NCBI GenBank assembly: GCA_001724265.1
Contig: MEDY01000089.1
Location: 1-64,000 of the forward strand
Length of the DNA stretch: 64,000 bases
DNA from: Rhizaria sp. SCN 62-66
Taxonomy: Eukaryota
Reading direction: 5' to 3'
Both the position numbers and the translations under genes were made by a program. How positions within the stretch are numbered: the first letter of the stretch is position 1; each line of letters begins with the position of its first letter. A model generated the notes under the pieces. That model was not told the DNA's origin, made no database searches, and saw only the letters and a program-made list of their open reading frames with translations. Shown here in pieces: positions 40,701 to 53,849 of this stretch.

Positions 40701-43700
40701 CCGACAAGGGCTTTGGCCTGACCAACTACAAGGCCGAGGTCGCCGTCACGTGCCAGGACGGCTACGCGCTGCAGGCAACGGCAACGGCGGGCACCAGCTG
40801 CGTCACCAACACGGCGCTGTCGCCGCCCGTGACCATTTGCACGCAGACGCTGACGTGCCTCGCCACAGGCTGGTCCGCCCCAGCGCCGTCCTGCGGGGTC
40901 TACAGCTGCCCTGCAGTGCCCGCGGCCTTCCCCACGTTCGGCACCGCGCCTGTGCTCGTGGCCGCGGCGCCCGCGGGCGGCGCCACGGGTTTTGGCGCCA
41001 AGTACAGCTACGGCTGCATCTCGGGCTTTACGCTCAACGGCGCGACCGAGACGATTACGTGCACTGCTGGCGGCTGGAGCTCCCCCAGCGCGCCCGCGTG
41101 CGGTGCGGTTGAGTGCCCGCTGCTGGCGCTGAGCAACAACATCGGCGCAATCACGTACTCGAAGCTGCCCTACGGCGCGCTCAAGTACCTCTCAGTGGCC
41201 ACGCTCGAGTGTATGCCGCTGTACGAGCGCACGTCGGGCGACGCCAAGCTGACGTGCCAGGCCAACAGGACGTGGTCGGGCACCCCTGCTATTTGCCGCT
41301 CCAACACGTGCGTGCGCATCTACCCCGACACGGCGACGATGAAGGCCATCACGTTCATGCGCTACGGCGCTCCCGTGGTCCCGGACGCGGCCTCGCTGAC
41401 ATACGCCATCGACTCGGTGGCGCAGTACGCCTGCGCCGACGGCTACGTGTGGGAGGACACCGCCGCGGCCACGGCGCGCACATGCGTCATCGCACAGGGC
41501 TGGCTGCCCGCCGACCCGCCGCGCTGCGTTCCGCGCGCGTGCCCGACGCTGGGCACTGCCACGCTCGGCTCCATCACGCAGCTGCCCGCGGCGCTGGCAA
41601 ACCTGTACGGCGTCACGGCGACGTACGCGTGCGACTACGGCGCCGTCATGGACAGCAACGACCCCAAAATCATGTGCACCACGTCTGGCCAGTGGTCCAG
41701 TGCCGCGCGCACGTGCAAGCCCTACAACTGCGGCGCGCCCGGCGGCATCATCGCGGGCTCTGTGGCGATTGCGAACAACGGCACGCACGGCGCGTACGGC
41801 GTGTACTACAACTACTCGGTCGTTGAGTACCGCTGCAACGTCGGCTATAACATGCGCTACGTTGGCTACTCCCTCAATGACGGCTCGGGCGTCATGCTGC
41901 AGGTGACGCAGTCGGGCGCGACGGTGCTTGCCGCGCGCCGCGAGTGCACGCCCCGCGGCTGGACCCCCGTCTCGCTGCCCATCTGCGACGTTAACCAGTG
42001 CGTGGCGCTCTCCGTGCCCACCAACGGCCTCTCGGTCACCTACGAGGACACGCTGGGGACGAGCAACAACGGGCTAATCCCGCGCTCCTACGGCACCACG
42101 GCGACGTACGCGTGCAAGGTCGGCTACGAGGCGCGCGATGCGGTGACCGACGTCCTTACGTCGGCCAAGCGCAAGTGTGGCACGCTCGCTGATGGCTGGC
42201 TGCCAGCGGTGGCGCCCGTCTGCAACTCCATCGACTGCGGCTCACTCGACGATGCCATCAACAACGCGCTGCCAGTGACGTACACGTACAACGAGACGAC
42301 CATGGCGGGCCCCACGCGCTACCAGGCGACCGCGGAGTACCGCTGCAAGGCCGGATTCATGCTCAGCACCGGTGCCGACGTGTACATGCGCACATGCACG
42401 TCGGTCCGCACGTGGGCGCCCGCGGTGCCGCTCTGCGTCGACGTCGACGAGTGCGACGCGCAGGCCTGGGGCGGCAAGTACTTTGTCGACTGCGCCGCTC
42501 TCTACGGTTCGCGCTCGCGCTGCATTAACACCTACGGCTCCTACGTCTGCACGCCCTACGTGCTCGCCTCCCCGGCGCCCGAGAACGTCATCTCGACCGC
42601 TGGCTCTGTTACTTACATGCCCGCAACGACCGAGATCGTACCCGACAACGCGCGCGGCGGCCAGATCGTGCGGTTTACACTGCAAGCCGGCGCTAACGTC
42701 CCCGCGCCGTACATTTCGCGCGTGCAGTACTCGAACTCGAACACGACGCTGTACGCTGACGCCGCCGCGCTGCTGACGTACGAGTGCGAGGACGCAGTGG
42801 CGACTCCCAGCACCGCGGCGCCCGGCTACCTGCTTGTGCAGTGCACGCTGGTGCCCGGCCAGGGCACGGACCTGTTTGTCGCGATGCAATTCTGCACGCA
42901 GCCCACGCTCGGCGGTGCCGTCAACTGCAGCGAGTGGAACTGGGCGTGGAGCGGCGGCAGCTCGATGTCCGACGCGGCCAGCATCGGCTCCAACAACGGC
43001 GTCCGCGTGTCGTACCCGATGCACTACTTTGTGCCGGCCTCCCTGCACTCCATCACTGTCGCGGGCCCTGGCCAGCGCACCAGCGACTACGTCAGCATTA
43101 CGACCCTTGGCGAAAATATCGGCTTCGACGTCGAGAACCTGTTCCTCGACCGTGCCGGGCTTGTCAAGATGTCCTACGGGCTTGCCACAACTGTCGATGA
43201 CTATCCGTTCGACTGCGCCTTCAACCAGGCCGCGTCGCAGGGCTACAGCTCGGTGCAGCGCACCATCGTCTGCCACACCAAAGACGCCATCAACGAGATC
43301 GACCTCAAGTTCCGCCTCACCATCGCGGGCCGCCACGCGTACGGCACGGACCGCTACTCGTACCCGCAGAAGCCCATCGTCGACTCGGTCTACGGCTGCA
43401 AGACGGACGACGTGCTGGCGGGCACCACAAGCGACTGCCCCACCGACTCCGGCAACGTCCGCATCACGGTCAGCGGCTCGGGTTTCCTGGAGCCGCTCAC
43501 GGCCATGATCTCGGGCCGCCAGTGCACCGGGATTGAGCGCGTGACCAACTACGCCTTCACGTGCTCGCTGCCTATCGGCACGGGCACCGGGCTCTCACTC
43601 ATCGTCAAGGCCGGCTCGCAGCGTACCGAGTCCCGCGGCCGCGTTACCTACGCCTCCCCGACCATCACTGAGATCCGCGGCTGCCAGATGCTCAGCAAGA

Positions 43701-46700
43701 CTGAAATCGCCGACTGTAGCCGCCTCGGCGGCGACCGCATCATGCTGCGCGGCACCAACTTCGGCGTCTCCGGCGCCACGGTGTCGATCGGCGGCCTCAC
43801 GTGCTTCAACGTGACGCACACGGCTACGGACCCTCACCGCGAGGTCTTGTGTACGACGCCGGCCGACGCGACGGTGGACCGCGCCGTGACGCTGCTGCAG
43901 CGCTACGGCTCGCTGTCGCAGGAGACGATTCTGGTGTCGTACGTGCAGTGCCCGCCCGGCCAGCACACGCTCGACGTCGCCTGCGTTGCGTGCGAGTCAG
44001 GCAACTTCAACGACATGTGGTCGCAGACGGCCTGCCGCTCCTGCCAGCCCGGCACTTACTCGGCGGACCCCGGGGCCACTGTGTGCTCCGTCTGCCCCGT
44101 CGGCACGTACTCTGGACTCGGCGCGAGCGAGTGCACGCGCTGCCCGCGTGGCACATTCTCGCAGGAGCGCGCCGAGAGCTGCTACCAGTGCGCGCCGGGT
44201 ACCTTCGCGGAGCACGAGGGCAGCGCACAGTGTGAGGCTTGCCCGCTCGGCGCGGAGCATACGAGCGACTACTCGTACTGCCAGTGCAAGGTGGGCTCGT
44301 TTATGGATACGGCGGGCGTGTGCCGCACGTGCATGCTGGGCGGCGACTGCTCGCAGGCCGGCGTGTCGGTGTACAACGTACACTCGCTACGGTCCTACTC
44401 GCCCTCGGTCTCGTTCCGCGTCTCGCCGCTGGTCATCCGCCTGCATCTACCCGTGGCTGTGGCCGTGTCGGCGGCGTCGGCGAGCGCGATGAGCGCGGAC
44501 GACTTCCACCGCGCTGCGCAGACGCTCGCGCTCAAGGCGCTCTTCGACGGCACCAAGCGCCCGCGCGGCCGCTTCACCGTAGTCTCGGTGGAGACCGTCG
44601 CCAGCGCCGCGACACTCGTCGAGCTCTCGCGGGAGTGCACTGACGCCGCTGGCGACAGCAGCAGCAGCAGTTCGAGCTCTAGCTCTAGCATCACGACCAA
44701 GAAGTCTTTTAGCTCCACTGCCGTGAGAGTGAACATGACGACGTACCACCTCGTCACCGTCGATATTGTTCCCATACCTACGACGACGAGCTCGAGCAGA
44801 AGCGTCACGACCACACAGCGCGGCAACAGTCTCGATCTCGCCCAGCCTTCGTTCCACACGAGCGGCGCTTATGATAACGACCTCACCGAGTACGCATACG
44901 ACGACGCTGCTCTGTCCATCTCCGGCACTCGCAGCAGCACTAACTCGGGCCGGACCGACAACGAAGACACTGCGACGTCTGAGTCCCTTGCCGAATCCGT
45001 CCTGTCAACCTACAACAGCGCCAACCTTGCGCTGTCCGCCGCCACGGCGTACGTCGCGCCCGCGTTCCGCAACACGACGTACCACCGCCGCGCCGTGACG
45101 TCGTTCGAGGCGTGTCTGGAGAACACGTGCGTGAGCGGCGACGCGTGCGTCGAGGGCCACACGGGCCCGCTCTGCACCGTCTGTCTGCCGGGCTACGGCA
45201 AGACCTCGGCGTTCAAGTGCGGCCGCTGCAACGAGCCCGCGCTGGCGTGGTTTATCCTGATTGCCGGCACCATTGCCGCGATCCTGGTCTGCGCCATGCT
45301 GGCGTGGAAGCAGATCGTGGACGGCCGCGAGTCGATGAACGAGCTGCCCGCGCCCGCTGTGCCGCTGCTGTTCAAGATCGCAACGTCGGGCCTGCAGGTC
45401 ATGTCCATCGCGTCGCGCTACGACCTCAAGTGGCCCGGCTTCCTGGGCGGGCTTTTCGACTCGGCCGACACAGCCGCAGGCGTGGGCACCGCCATGGTCT
45501 CGCTCGACTGCTTCCTGGGCGACGACCCGGCCGTGAACCCGTTCTGGGTGACCTCAATTGGAATCATGCTCCTGCCCATCCTTGGCATCCTGCTGCCGAT
45601 CATCTTCTTTGCGCCGCGCTATTACACCGCCAAGCGCGCGTACCGCAAGCACGCACTTGCGGAGCTCAGGAAGCAGCGCCGCGTGCTGGTCGAGATGGTC
45701 ACCGACTACGAGGCCTTCATCCGCGGCCGCGAGCGCGCCGCCGCGGCCGTGCGCCGCGCCGACGAGCAGACGGCGGCCGAGAACGACTTGCGCGCCGTGA
45801 TCTGGGACGGCGTCGACGATGCGGCCGACGGCGGCGTGCTCGCGGCCAAGGGCGCCGACTTCCGCGCGCTCGCGCTGCAGCACGTCGCCACTGTGGACAT
45901 GGATCTCGACCTGGAGACCAAGGAGAGACGCACCGCGGCGACCATCGCGGCTGAGGTCGCGGCGGCCACCGCGGCGGCCAAGAAGAAGCGCGCCGACGCC
46001 AAATTTGAAGGCAAAAAGCGCCGCAACGCGCGCCGTACGCTGATGCTGCGCGCCAACAGCGCCCACACTGACGCAAGCGCTGGCCACGGCCGCGCCGCGG
46101 GCGCGCAGCTGACTGACGTTTCGGCGACTGCGACCAAGGCCACCGTGTCCGGCGGTCCGCTTGCGCCGCCTGGCCTGCCGCCTGTGCCCGCCGCTAGCAA
46201 CGCTGCTGCTGCTGCTGTTGCGAGTGGTTCTGGTCTCCCGACTGTGGTCATCACCGACCCAGCGGGCGTCGAGAACAACCACGGCAGTCGCAACAGCAGC
46301 CCGACCGCGGACGCCCGTGGCAGCCCGATGTTTGGCTCCGTCAACAACAGCGTCAACAGCACTGCTAACGCGGTGGCTGCTCGCATGCGGGCGCGTCTAA
46401 ACGTCAGCCCAGGTTGCAGCGGTAACTCCGCTGCCAACTCTCCCTCTCGCTCTCCTCGCAACAACAGCGGCGCGGCGGGCAACGCATTCTTCAATTCGGG
46501 CCCCGCAGCTCCTGTCAACGTTGTTCATAGCGGCCCTAGCATTGCTGCCGGTGCCAGGTCGTCGTTGGCAGTTCTAGCTTTTGTCTCAGGCTCAGCTTCT
46601 GCAGTGTCGGTCTCCCCGTCCTACTCGCCGTCGCACTCGCCGTTGCAGTCGCCCGCGCACAGTCGCAACGCGCGTACCGCCCCCTGTGGCCCCGCCCCCG

Positions 46701-49700
46701 GTGGCGCCGCCGCAGCCTGCGCCGTGCCGGCCTCGCGCCGCCGCCCCGTGCGCCCGTTGCTGCTTCCCGGCAGCGGCGGCGCGTCAAGCAATAACTTCAG
46801 CAACAGCAACAGCACCAGCGGGTTCGTCTCTGTGGGGTTCCACCAGCGCTCGCAGTCTCTCTCGCCGATGGCCGCCAGCGGCACGACCGCAAACGCGCGC
46901 GCGCTCGCGGTGTCCGGCCCGCCGTCGCCGTCGTCCTCGTCGACAGAGGGCGACGCCAGCGGGGTCGAATCTGTCTCGCACTCGCAGGCGCAGTCGCGCT
47001 CGCAGTCGCCGTCCCACTCGCGCTCAAGCTCCTCAGCGTCGCCGCTGTCGGTATCGGCGTCCTCCGGCTCGACCGCGCTCCACCCCGGCCACCTCGACCA
47101 CAACAGCCGCGTCTTCGGCGCTGCCGCAGCCGCAGCCGCTGGTAACGCTGTTGGCGTTGTGACTGCGCCGGTGGTGCACTTCGACCACAACTGCGCCGTC
47201 GACAGCGAGAGCAACGGCACAGGCACCAGCGACAGCAACAGCGACATGAGCGACATCGACCACAGCGCCGGCAGCAGCAGCAGCGACGCGACTGCGAAGG
47301 CGATGTTCACCGCGTCTGCCGAGGATGACGCCCTGCGCGTGTTGTACAGCAACGCTAACGCAAGCGCCGCCTGCAGCCTTTCAAGCGCGCGCGCTGGCGA
47401 CACCAGGCACATCAGCGTGCAAAAGGTCCGTATCCGCGTGGGCAGCCACACGCGCTCTGGCGGTGATCTCTCCGAGGTTGACCGCGACGCAGCCGTGTTC
47501 GGCGGCGCTCATGGCTCTGGTTTGCACGGCAAGCTCGTCAAGCGGAGCGCGCCTAAGAGCGGCAAGTCGCGTCACCACGCGCCCAGCGACTCAAACTCCT
47601 TTTCGCAGCCCAGTTCGCCGCGCACTCTGAGCAGCCACTCACACACGCACTCGACCACGCGCGACGACGACAGCGACCACAATATTGGGAGCGATAGCGA
47701 CACTGCCGTCGCTCACCGCAACGCCAATACCAAGCGCTTTGGCTTTGTCACCGACACGCTCGCATTCGGGAACAACTGCCCCGTCAACGGCGACGCGTTC
47801 GCGCTCGACGACTCGGCTTTCATGTTCCAGAAGGCCTTCCTCGAGGACCTCCGCGTGTCCGAGGCCGCGCTCGCCTCCGCCTTCTCCAACGGCGCCAGTG
47901 CCAACGCCAACAGCAAGGAGGCTTTGTTCGAACACACTGCTCGCGAGGTCGCGCTGTACGCCGCGGCGGCCGGGCAGACTTGGGACGGCGCGGCAAGCCA
48001 GGCCGCGAGCGACCGCGCGTGCGCGCGGGCCGCGTCGATGCCGGAGATGGCCGTGATCGCGCAATCGGCCGACGACCTGGAGAACATGAAGCTGCTCTCA
48101 ACAGTGCCGTTCGAAACGTTTTACCGCGCTGAGGAGCTGCGCGAGCGTGTGCTTGGCCGTGAGCGCGCCGTGCAGAGCGCGCGCTCGGAGCGCCAGCGCG
48201 AGTGGTATACGGCCACCTACGGCAAGCGCGAGGGCGAAAAGGTATTTGAGCGCGAGCGCGAGAAGCGTCTCCGCGCCGAGCCACCGAAGTTGATGGCGTC
48301 CGAAGTGCGCGTGCGGCTGGACGTGGCCGAGACACAGTACAATAACGTGGCGTCCGAGTTCTCCGGCTACGTCATCACTGCGATCACCGTCGTCATGTTC
48401 ATGATCCACCCCAACATCACGCGGCAGTTTTTCACGGTGCTGTCGTGCAAGAACGTCGGCGGCACGGACGACCCTACGGCCAACGTCGTGCTGGGCGACA
48501 TGCTCGAGCTGTGCTACTCGTCGCAGCACCTGCTCTTTATTCTCGCGCTCGGAGTGCCCATGCTGCTGCTCTGGGTGCTCGGAATTCCCTTCTTCGCCTG
48601 GATCGTGCTGTACCGCAACCGCGACCTGGTGACGATGCCCGCCCAGGGCGCGTCTGCGGTCATGCGGAACCAGAAGCGCATCTTCGAGTCGCAGATGGCC
48701 TTCCTCTACCGCGGCTACAAGCCCACGCGCTACTACTGGTTCCTGACTGAAATGGCCCGCAAGGCTGCGCTCGTGGCGATCGCTGTCTTCTTCCCCGGTG
48801 CGCTGCACACGCAGCTCATGCTCGCCTCACTGCTCATTTTTATGTGCATCATCGCACAGATCGTGGCCAAGCCGTTCGAGAACCGCATCCCCGAGGTGGT
48901 CGAGTTGATCTCGCTCTTCACGTCGTTCATGGTCTTCTTCTTGGCCAACTTCCTCTTCGTCGAAACGGTGTCTGACGCCGCGATGGTCGTCATCACCGTC
49001 CTCATCTGCGCCCTCGTCATCGCCTTCATCGCCATCGTCGTCTTCGCCTTCTTTGTGCTGTCGAAGCAGGAGGCAGACCTGACGCCGCTGCGCACTGCGC
49101 TTCGTCTCGCGCACGCGCAAGGCACCAGCTCCAGCGCCGTCATCCGCGACTGGCGCATCGCCGCCGCGCGCAAGCGCCGCGAGGAGCTCGAGGCGAAGAC
49201 GCTGGCCATGATCGACGCGCAGATGGCCGATGCGGTCGACGTAGACTCGGACTCTCACTCTGACATCGACATCGGGACGCGCAGCAAAAGCGACCGCAGT
49301 CGCAAGGCCAAGGGCAAGGCGTACCACGCCGCCGCCGTCGCGGCCGCGAACAAGGCGCTCTTCGGCAACGCCGCCTTCGCTGAGTACAACGGTGACGGCG
49401 CGGGGGCCACGAGCGCGGGCTTGAGCGCCGCTGCGGCGGCCGCCAAGAGCCAGGAACACAGTTGGTTTGACCTCTCTGACCCTGCTAACAAGGCGAAGCG
49501 CGGCGGCAAGCAGACACCAGGCTCCGGCTCTGGGTCCAGCGTTGGCGTCGACAGGAGCGAAGCGAGCTCTGGCGGTGCCGGGGGGCTGGCCGGTCTGCGC
49601 GCGATTCGCGAGGAGGCGGTCGAGACCGCCGAGCACGCCGCGCTGAGCGCACTTGACGCGAGCACAAACGACACGCGCCGCGGCTTGCTGCTGGCGACCC

Positions 49701-50047
49701 GCGTCGACGGCGGCGGCGACATCACCACAGGCCTCACACACGCCGGCCAAAGCACCCACGACGGCGTCGACGTTGAGGGCGACGGTGGCAACGGCTCCGC
49801 GGCCAACGCACGCTGCGCTGCTGCGATGACCGCGGTGGAGCACGAGGCCGCGAGTGCTGCCGCCGCGGCCGCCTTCATCACCTCCGCGCGCGAGCGCGCC
49901 GCTCTGTTGGCGCAGTCGGCGCACGGGCTCGCGCTCGACCTGGACCTCATGCCGCCGCCCGCGGCCGTGGGGGACAACCACGGCGGCGTGGGCGACGCGC
50001 TCAATGGCGGCAAGAAGTGGGCTCATGAAGACGCATTTGGCGAGTAA
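19755..50047 (+). CDS. Giant (~10,050 aa) cell-surface multi-pass membrane protein: signal peptide, three ~735-aa repeats, long beta-rich region, 8 Sushi/CCP, EGF-Ca, IPT/TIG, Cys-rich repeats, ~9 TM helices
   Basis: ATG 19755 with signal-peptide-like MQRSCARYTTIFAGLFLCVTFLFPANA. +1 frame change near 23850-23860; in-frame TAG 31846-31848; one phase-0 intron 39412-39538 (GTACGT..TAG); stop TAA 50045-50047. Sushi C-C-W-C pattern ~40660-42435, DVDEC...CINTYGSYVC EGF-Ca, P-I-x-I..GG..I.L.GTNFG IPT motifs, CxxCPxGT(Y/F)S repeats ~43950-44330, TM helices ~45240-45610 and ~48365-49060. Confidence 0.82.
20450..26800 (+). repeat. Three diverged ~735-aa (~2.2 kb) internal protein repeats in the giant gene
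   Basis: Recurring anchors: DFAIYPVG 21309 / DFVIYPVG 23517 / EFSIHPMV 25414; CATRY 22419 / CSNRY 24319 / CDARY 26551; PSYTF / NYYTF / ASYTY / NYFYY at unit starts. Visible only at protein level; boundaries approximate. Confidence 0.7.
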
Positions 50048-51113
50048 GTTTAGCCGCCGTCTGCAGAGTAAGTCCGCGCCATGCTGCATCATCATATCAT
50101 TGTTTATTCTGTATAATATTACGTAGTCGTGTCGATAATACTTTTTTTTTCTTTTACACTCGATGTTTGTGCGCTTTTTTTTTGCATTGACTTCGTGTTC
50201 AGGTACAAGGAGTAATATCACCGAATTGTTATCACCATTATCACCATAATGTCTTTAAAGTTTTGCAGTTTTGTAAACTATGGTTCAAAACAGCAAAACA
50301 ATTCCTCTTTCATTTGCTTGATCGTCAGCGGCAGGAAAGAGATATTGTTGTTTATATTTTGTTTAGTTCGTATTGTACACGTATTGATTGCACACAACAG
50401 CTGTCATAAGTATCTATATATCGCATGTTACACTTGTTACGTTCTTGTTAAGACAAACAAAGTTTGATAAGTGTACATGGTGCACATTTATATTCAGCTG
50501 TTGATGCTAACAAAATCATTTCGTTTATTATAGTCTTTGTAGATTTTATTTAATTCTACTGTGTATATCTCAATAAGTTTATGTCTTTAGTTATTTCGCA
50601 CGAATTTTCAAGCGTTCTTTGCGTTTTGTTTCAGTTTGCGAGTTTTGTGTTGTCATTTTTCCTTCACTTTTATAACTTCTCGAGGAAAATTTAGCTTTGT
50701 CGTTATGAGTAACAATATTTGACAATGCGAACCCTTTTGTTTTATTAGTCATTGTGTCCTGTCCCTTCACCCTTGCATTCTTATTCATTACTCCCATCAT
50801 TATCAACATCACACATTCCGCTGATGCTTCTCATTTCATTTCCGTGTCAGTTTTTACTCTCCCACATCCCCTTTCAACAAAAATACATTTTTTCATTTTT
50901 GTTATTATTTTCTTGAGCATTTCACGAAACTACGTAGTACGTACACTTTAAGCCACTTTTGAAGCAGAAACTGCTTGCACGGTCTTCAGGCTACTCGCAT
51001 ATCATCTTATGTCTCGTTCCAATTGTGATTCAATTACGTCAGGTCACAAAAGCTACTTAGTGACAGTCAGTAATATAAAAGGCGGGTTACATTGAGATTC
51101 ATAACAAAAGCAG

Positions 51114-53849
51114 TCACATATCCTCATCTTCTACCCTCGATGCAAAGTTGCAATGTATGATTGACACATTGGCATTGTATACACCGACACTGCATTTTTC
51201 AGTCCCACAGCGCGCCTGGAAGTGTCGCAACACCGTCGCATCGAACGGCTTGTTCCCGCTGTCGTGCGCCGCAGGCATAATGCCATCCACGCACGACATC
51301 ACGCGGCCGACGGGCACGGCGCCGTGCAGCAGACTCACGGGGCACGGCTTGAACACGATGAACCACGGCGTGTCGCCGGGGCCAGGTTGACTGCACCAGC
51401 GCTTCAAGGGTTCGGAAACCACAGATCGCGGGCACACCAGCACTGTGCCAACGGGGTGCGTCCCGGCGGCGCCCGCAGCAGTCTCGGGGAGCTCGCCGTA
51501 AACGGCGTCGCTCGCGGGCAGCGCGACGGCGGACGCCGCGTTGCACGGGAGCTGGTGATCGCGGCCCTCGCCGTGGTAAAGCGTAACAAAGGGCAGCGAC
51601 GCAGCCGCGCGGTCGGGAGGCACGAAACACGTGTGGAGCAGAGCACCGAGCGCGTACGAGTCAAGCGCAAGGCGGAAATGCGCGGCGTTGCAGGGAAACC
51701 TTTTGTCGTTGAGCCGGATGACGAGACTGTACGTGTGCTGCGCCTGCAACTCGCTGTCGATCACCATCGACATCGTCATCACAACGTCCGCAGTCATGCG
51801 CTCGGCCCCCAGCCTCTCCCAAGCATCGACGAGCACGCGCTCGCGCGCCCTCGCCTGCAACAAAGCCAGCGCAGCCGCGCTTGGCGCGCCGTTAACGCGT
51901 TGCGGGGGGACGGGAGTGACCGCGAGTGAACGCGTGTGGATATTGTACGCAATCCGCCGGGGAAAACCGCTTTCTTCACGACTGCACGCAATGTGGGCAT
52001 CGAACGCGGCTTGCCAGTCATCCTGATCCTGCTCCTGCTGCTGCTGCTGCTTTGCGTGTGCAGTCGTCTGGTGACCGCCGTGCTGCATGAATGCACGCAT
52101 CTCAACGAGGGCTTGTTGACGCGACTCCTCTGTCGCGGCGGCTGTGTCGGGCGCAATCACATTCATCCGCGCAAGCAGCGCGCGCAGTTGCGTCAGCTCG
52201 TGCAACACAGTGCAACCCCCGTCCTAGGCGCGCAGGCAGGCGTCGTAGCGCAGCAGCTCGAGCGCCTGCAGCCCGCGACAGGCGATGAACTCGGTCACGA
52301 AAGGGTTCCACGCCGCGATACCGCTGTCGCGCACAGTCAAGTCGGGCGAGGTGTCGCTGGTGCAAATCAACAAGTTGAGCAGGTGCAGCAGCTGTGCGAT
52401 GCGCCGTGCACTCGGTGGTGCTTCGGGACCCTCTTGACTCGGCGGCGGCAGCAGAGAGCGCTTCAGGAAGGCGCAGCACGTACCGACGGCGCCAGCCGCG
52501 AGCAGCTGTAGCGCCGCGCACGCCACGTCGGAGCTGCTCATCAGAACACTCTCAAACACAGAAAGCGTGCTTTTGAGAAACACTTCAGAGTTGGACTTAT
52601 AGTCACTGTAAAAATGATCATCAATATAGGCCAACAGTCGCTCGAAATATGGCGCCGTTGAGAGACGCTGAGCAAAACCAGAGACGTAAGCTGCAAAAGC
52701 GGCAAAGAGCCTCATTCGAAAGATCGCATTTTTCATCGTTCTAATCTTTTTCTCGTTAATCTCGCTGATCACGAGCTCAACGCGGCGCTCATTGAACGCG
52801 AGACTAAACGTCTCTGCATCAAACAAGTCGAGAAACATCTCCAGTGCGGGCGCCATAAGTGAGTCCAATTCCTCCAACATCGGCTCAAAGTCTTCACTGG
52901 CCGCAAAGTCCGCAAGGTCACTCCGCCACTGCTCTGCAACGTCAGAAGCATCACTAGGTGCGCCATCGCAATTGCCAGGGCCATCGCCGTTTTCGCTTTT
53001 GTTGTTATTGTCGCCACCACCCTCGAGATTGCAGCCGCAGGCAAAGATGCTCGCCAGCGCATCGCAGGCGGCGCGGTTGATGTACACGTCAATGCCGCCG
53101 AGCGCAGTGCGGCGCTGCATGACCTGGCGCCACAGCGGGACAAAGGCCGAGACGGCTGAGTACGGCAGCCGGGTCACTGCGGCCGCTGCTGAGGCAGCCG
53201 CTGCGGAGGCAGCCGCTGCCGAGGCGGCTGCAGCGGCTTCAGCGGGTTGGCTTGGGGCTGCTCTCAGCAGCGCGACGAAGCACTTGGACATATCGCAGTA
53301 GTTTGAGTCGCCCCGCCTCATTGACGACGGGCTGGCCAGCTCGAGCTGCGCGCTGTGCATATACCAGAACACGTGCTCCAGGGCGGCAAGCGCGGCGGAC
53401 GCCGGGATTGTCGCCTTGCGGGCTATATTTACGATGATGCGGAAGACGAGGGCGACACGTTTGGGGTTGCTCTGGGGAGCACTAAAACAAGGCAGGAGAG
53501 CAGTCACCTGCTCGACGGCGCCGCACGCGATAAGACAAGCCCCGCCGTCGTCGGTGCTGGCAATCAACTGAAGCAGCGCCAATGTCATCCAAGCGCGCTC
53601 CTTGCGTCCTGTTGTCCTTGTCCTGGAGAGCTTGCTCCCCCCCGCGTGGGCGGTGTAGGCGGCTTGCATGAGCCACTGCAGGAGCAGTGGAGCAGCACCG
53701 CTTTCGCTGAGAATTTCTGCCGCGTCGGGACGCTCCTGACAAACGGCATTAAGCTCGAGCAAAGCAGCGTCAAGATCGGCTGCTGCCAGCGAAGTGACCC
53801 GGCTGATCGCGACGTGGCAGCTTTCAAGGGACAACTCAGAGGAGCTCAT
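51114..53849 (-). CDS. 911-aa protein: ARM/HEAT-like helical N-terminus plus degenerate cyclophilin-like C-terminal domain; one in-frame TAG
   Basis: ATG 53849. Track ORFs 52224..53849 and 51114..52208 share a frame and are separated only by TAG 52226-52224 (LRA*DGGCTVLHEL). Ends TGA 51116-51114. ARM-like motifs SESGAAPLLLQWL, IACGAVEQVTALL, LAAGAVGTCCAFL. The C-terminal RLNDKRFPCNAAHFRLAL...HPVGTVLV...WFIVFKPC..LLHGAVPVGRV follows cyclophilin motif order. Confidence 0.72.
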
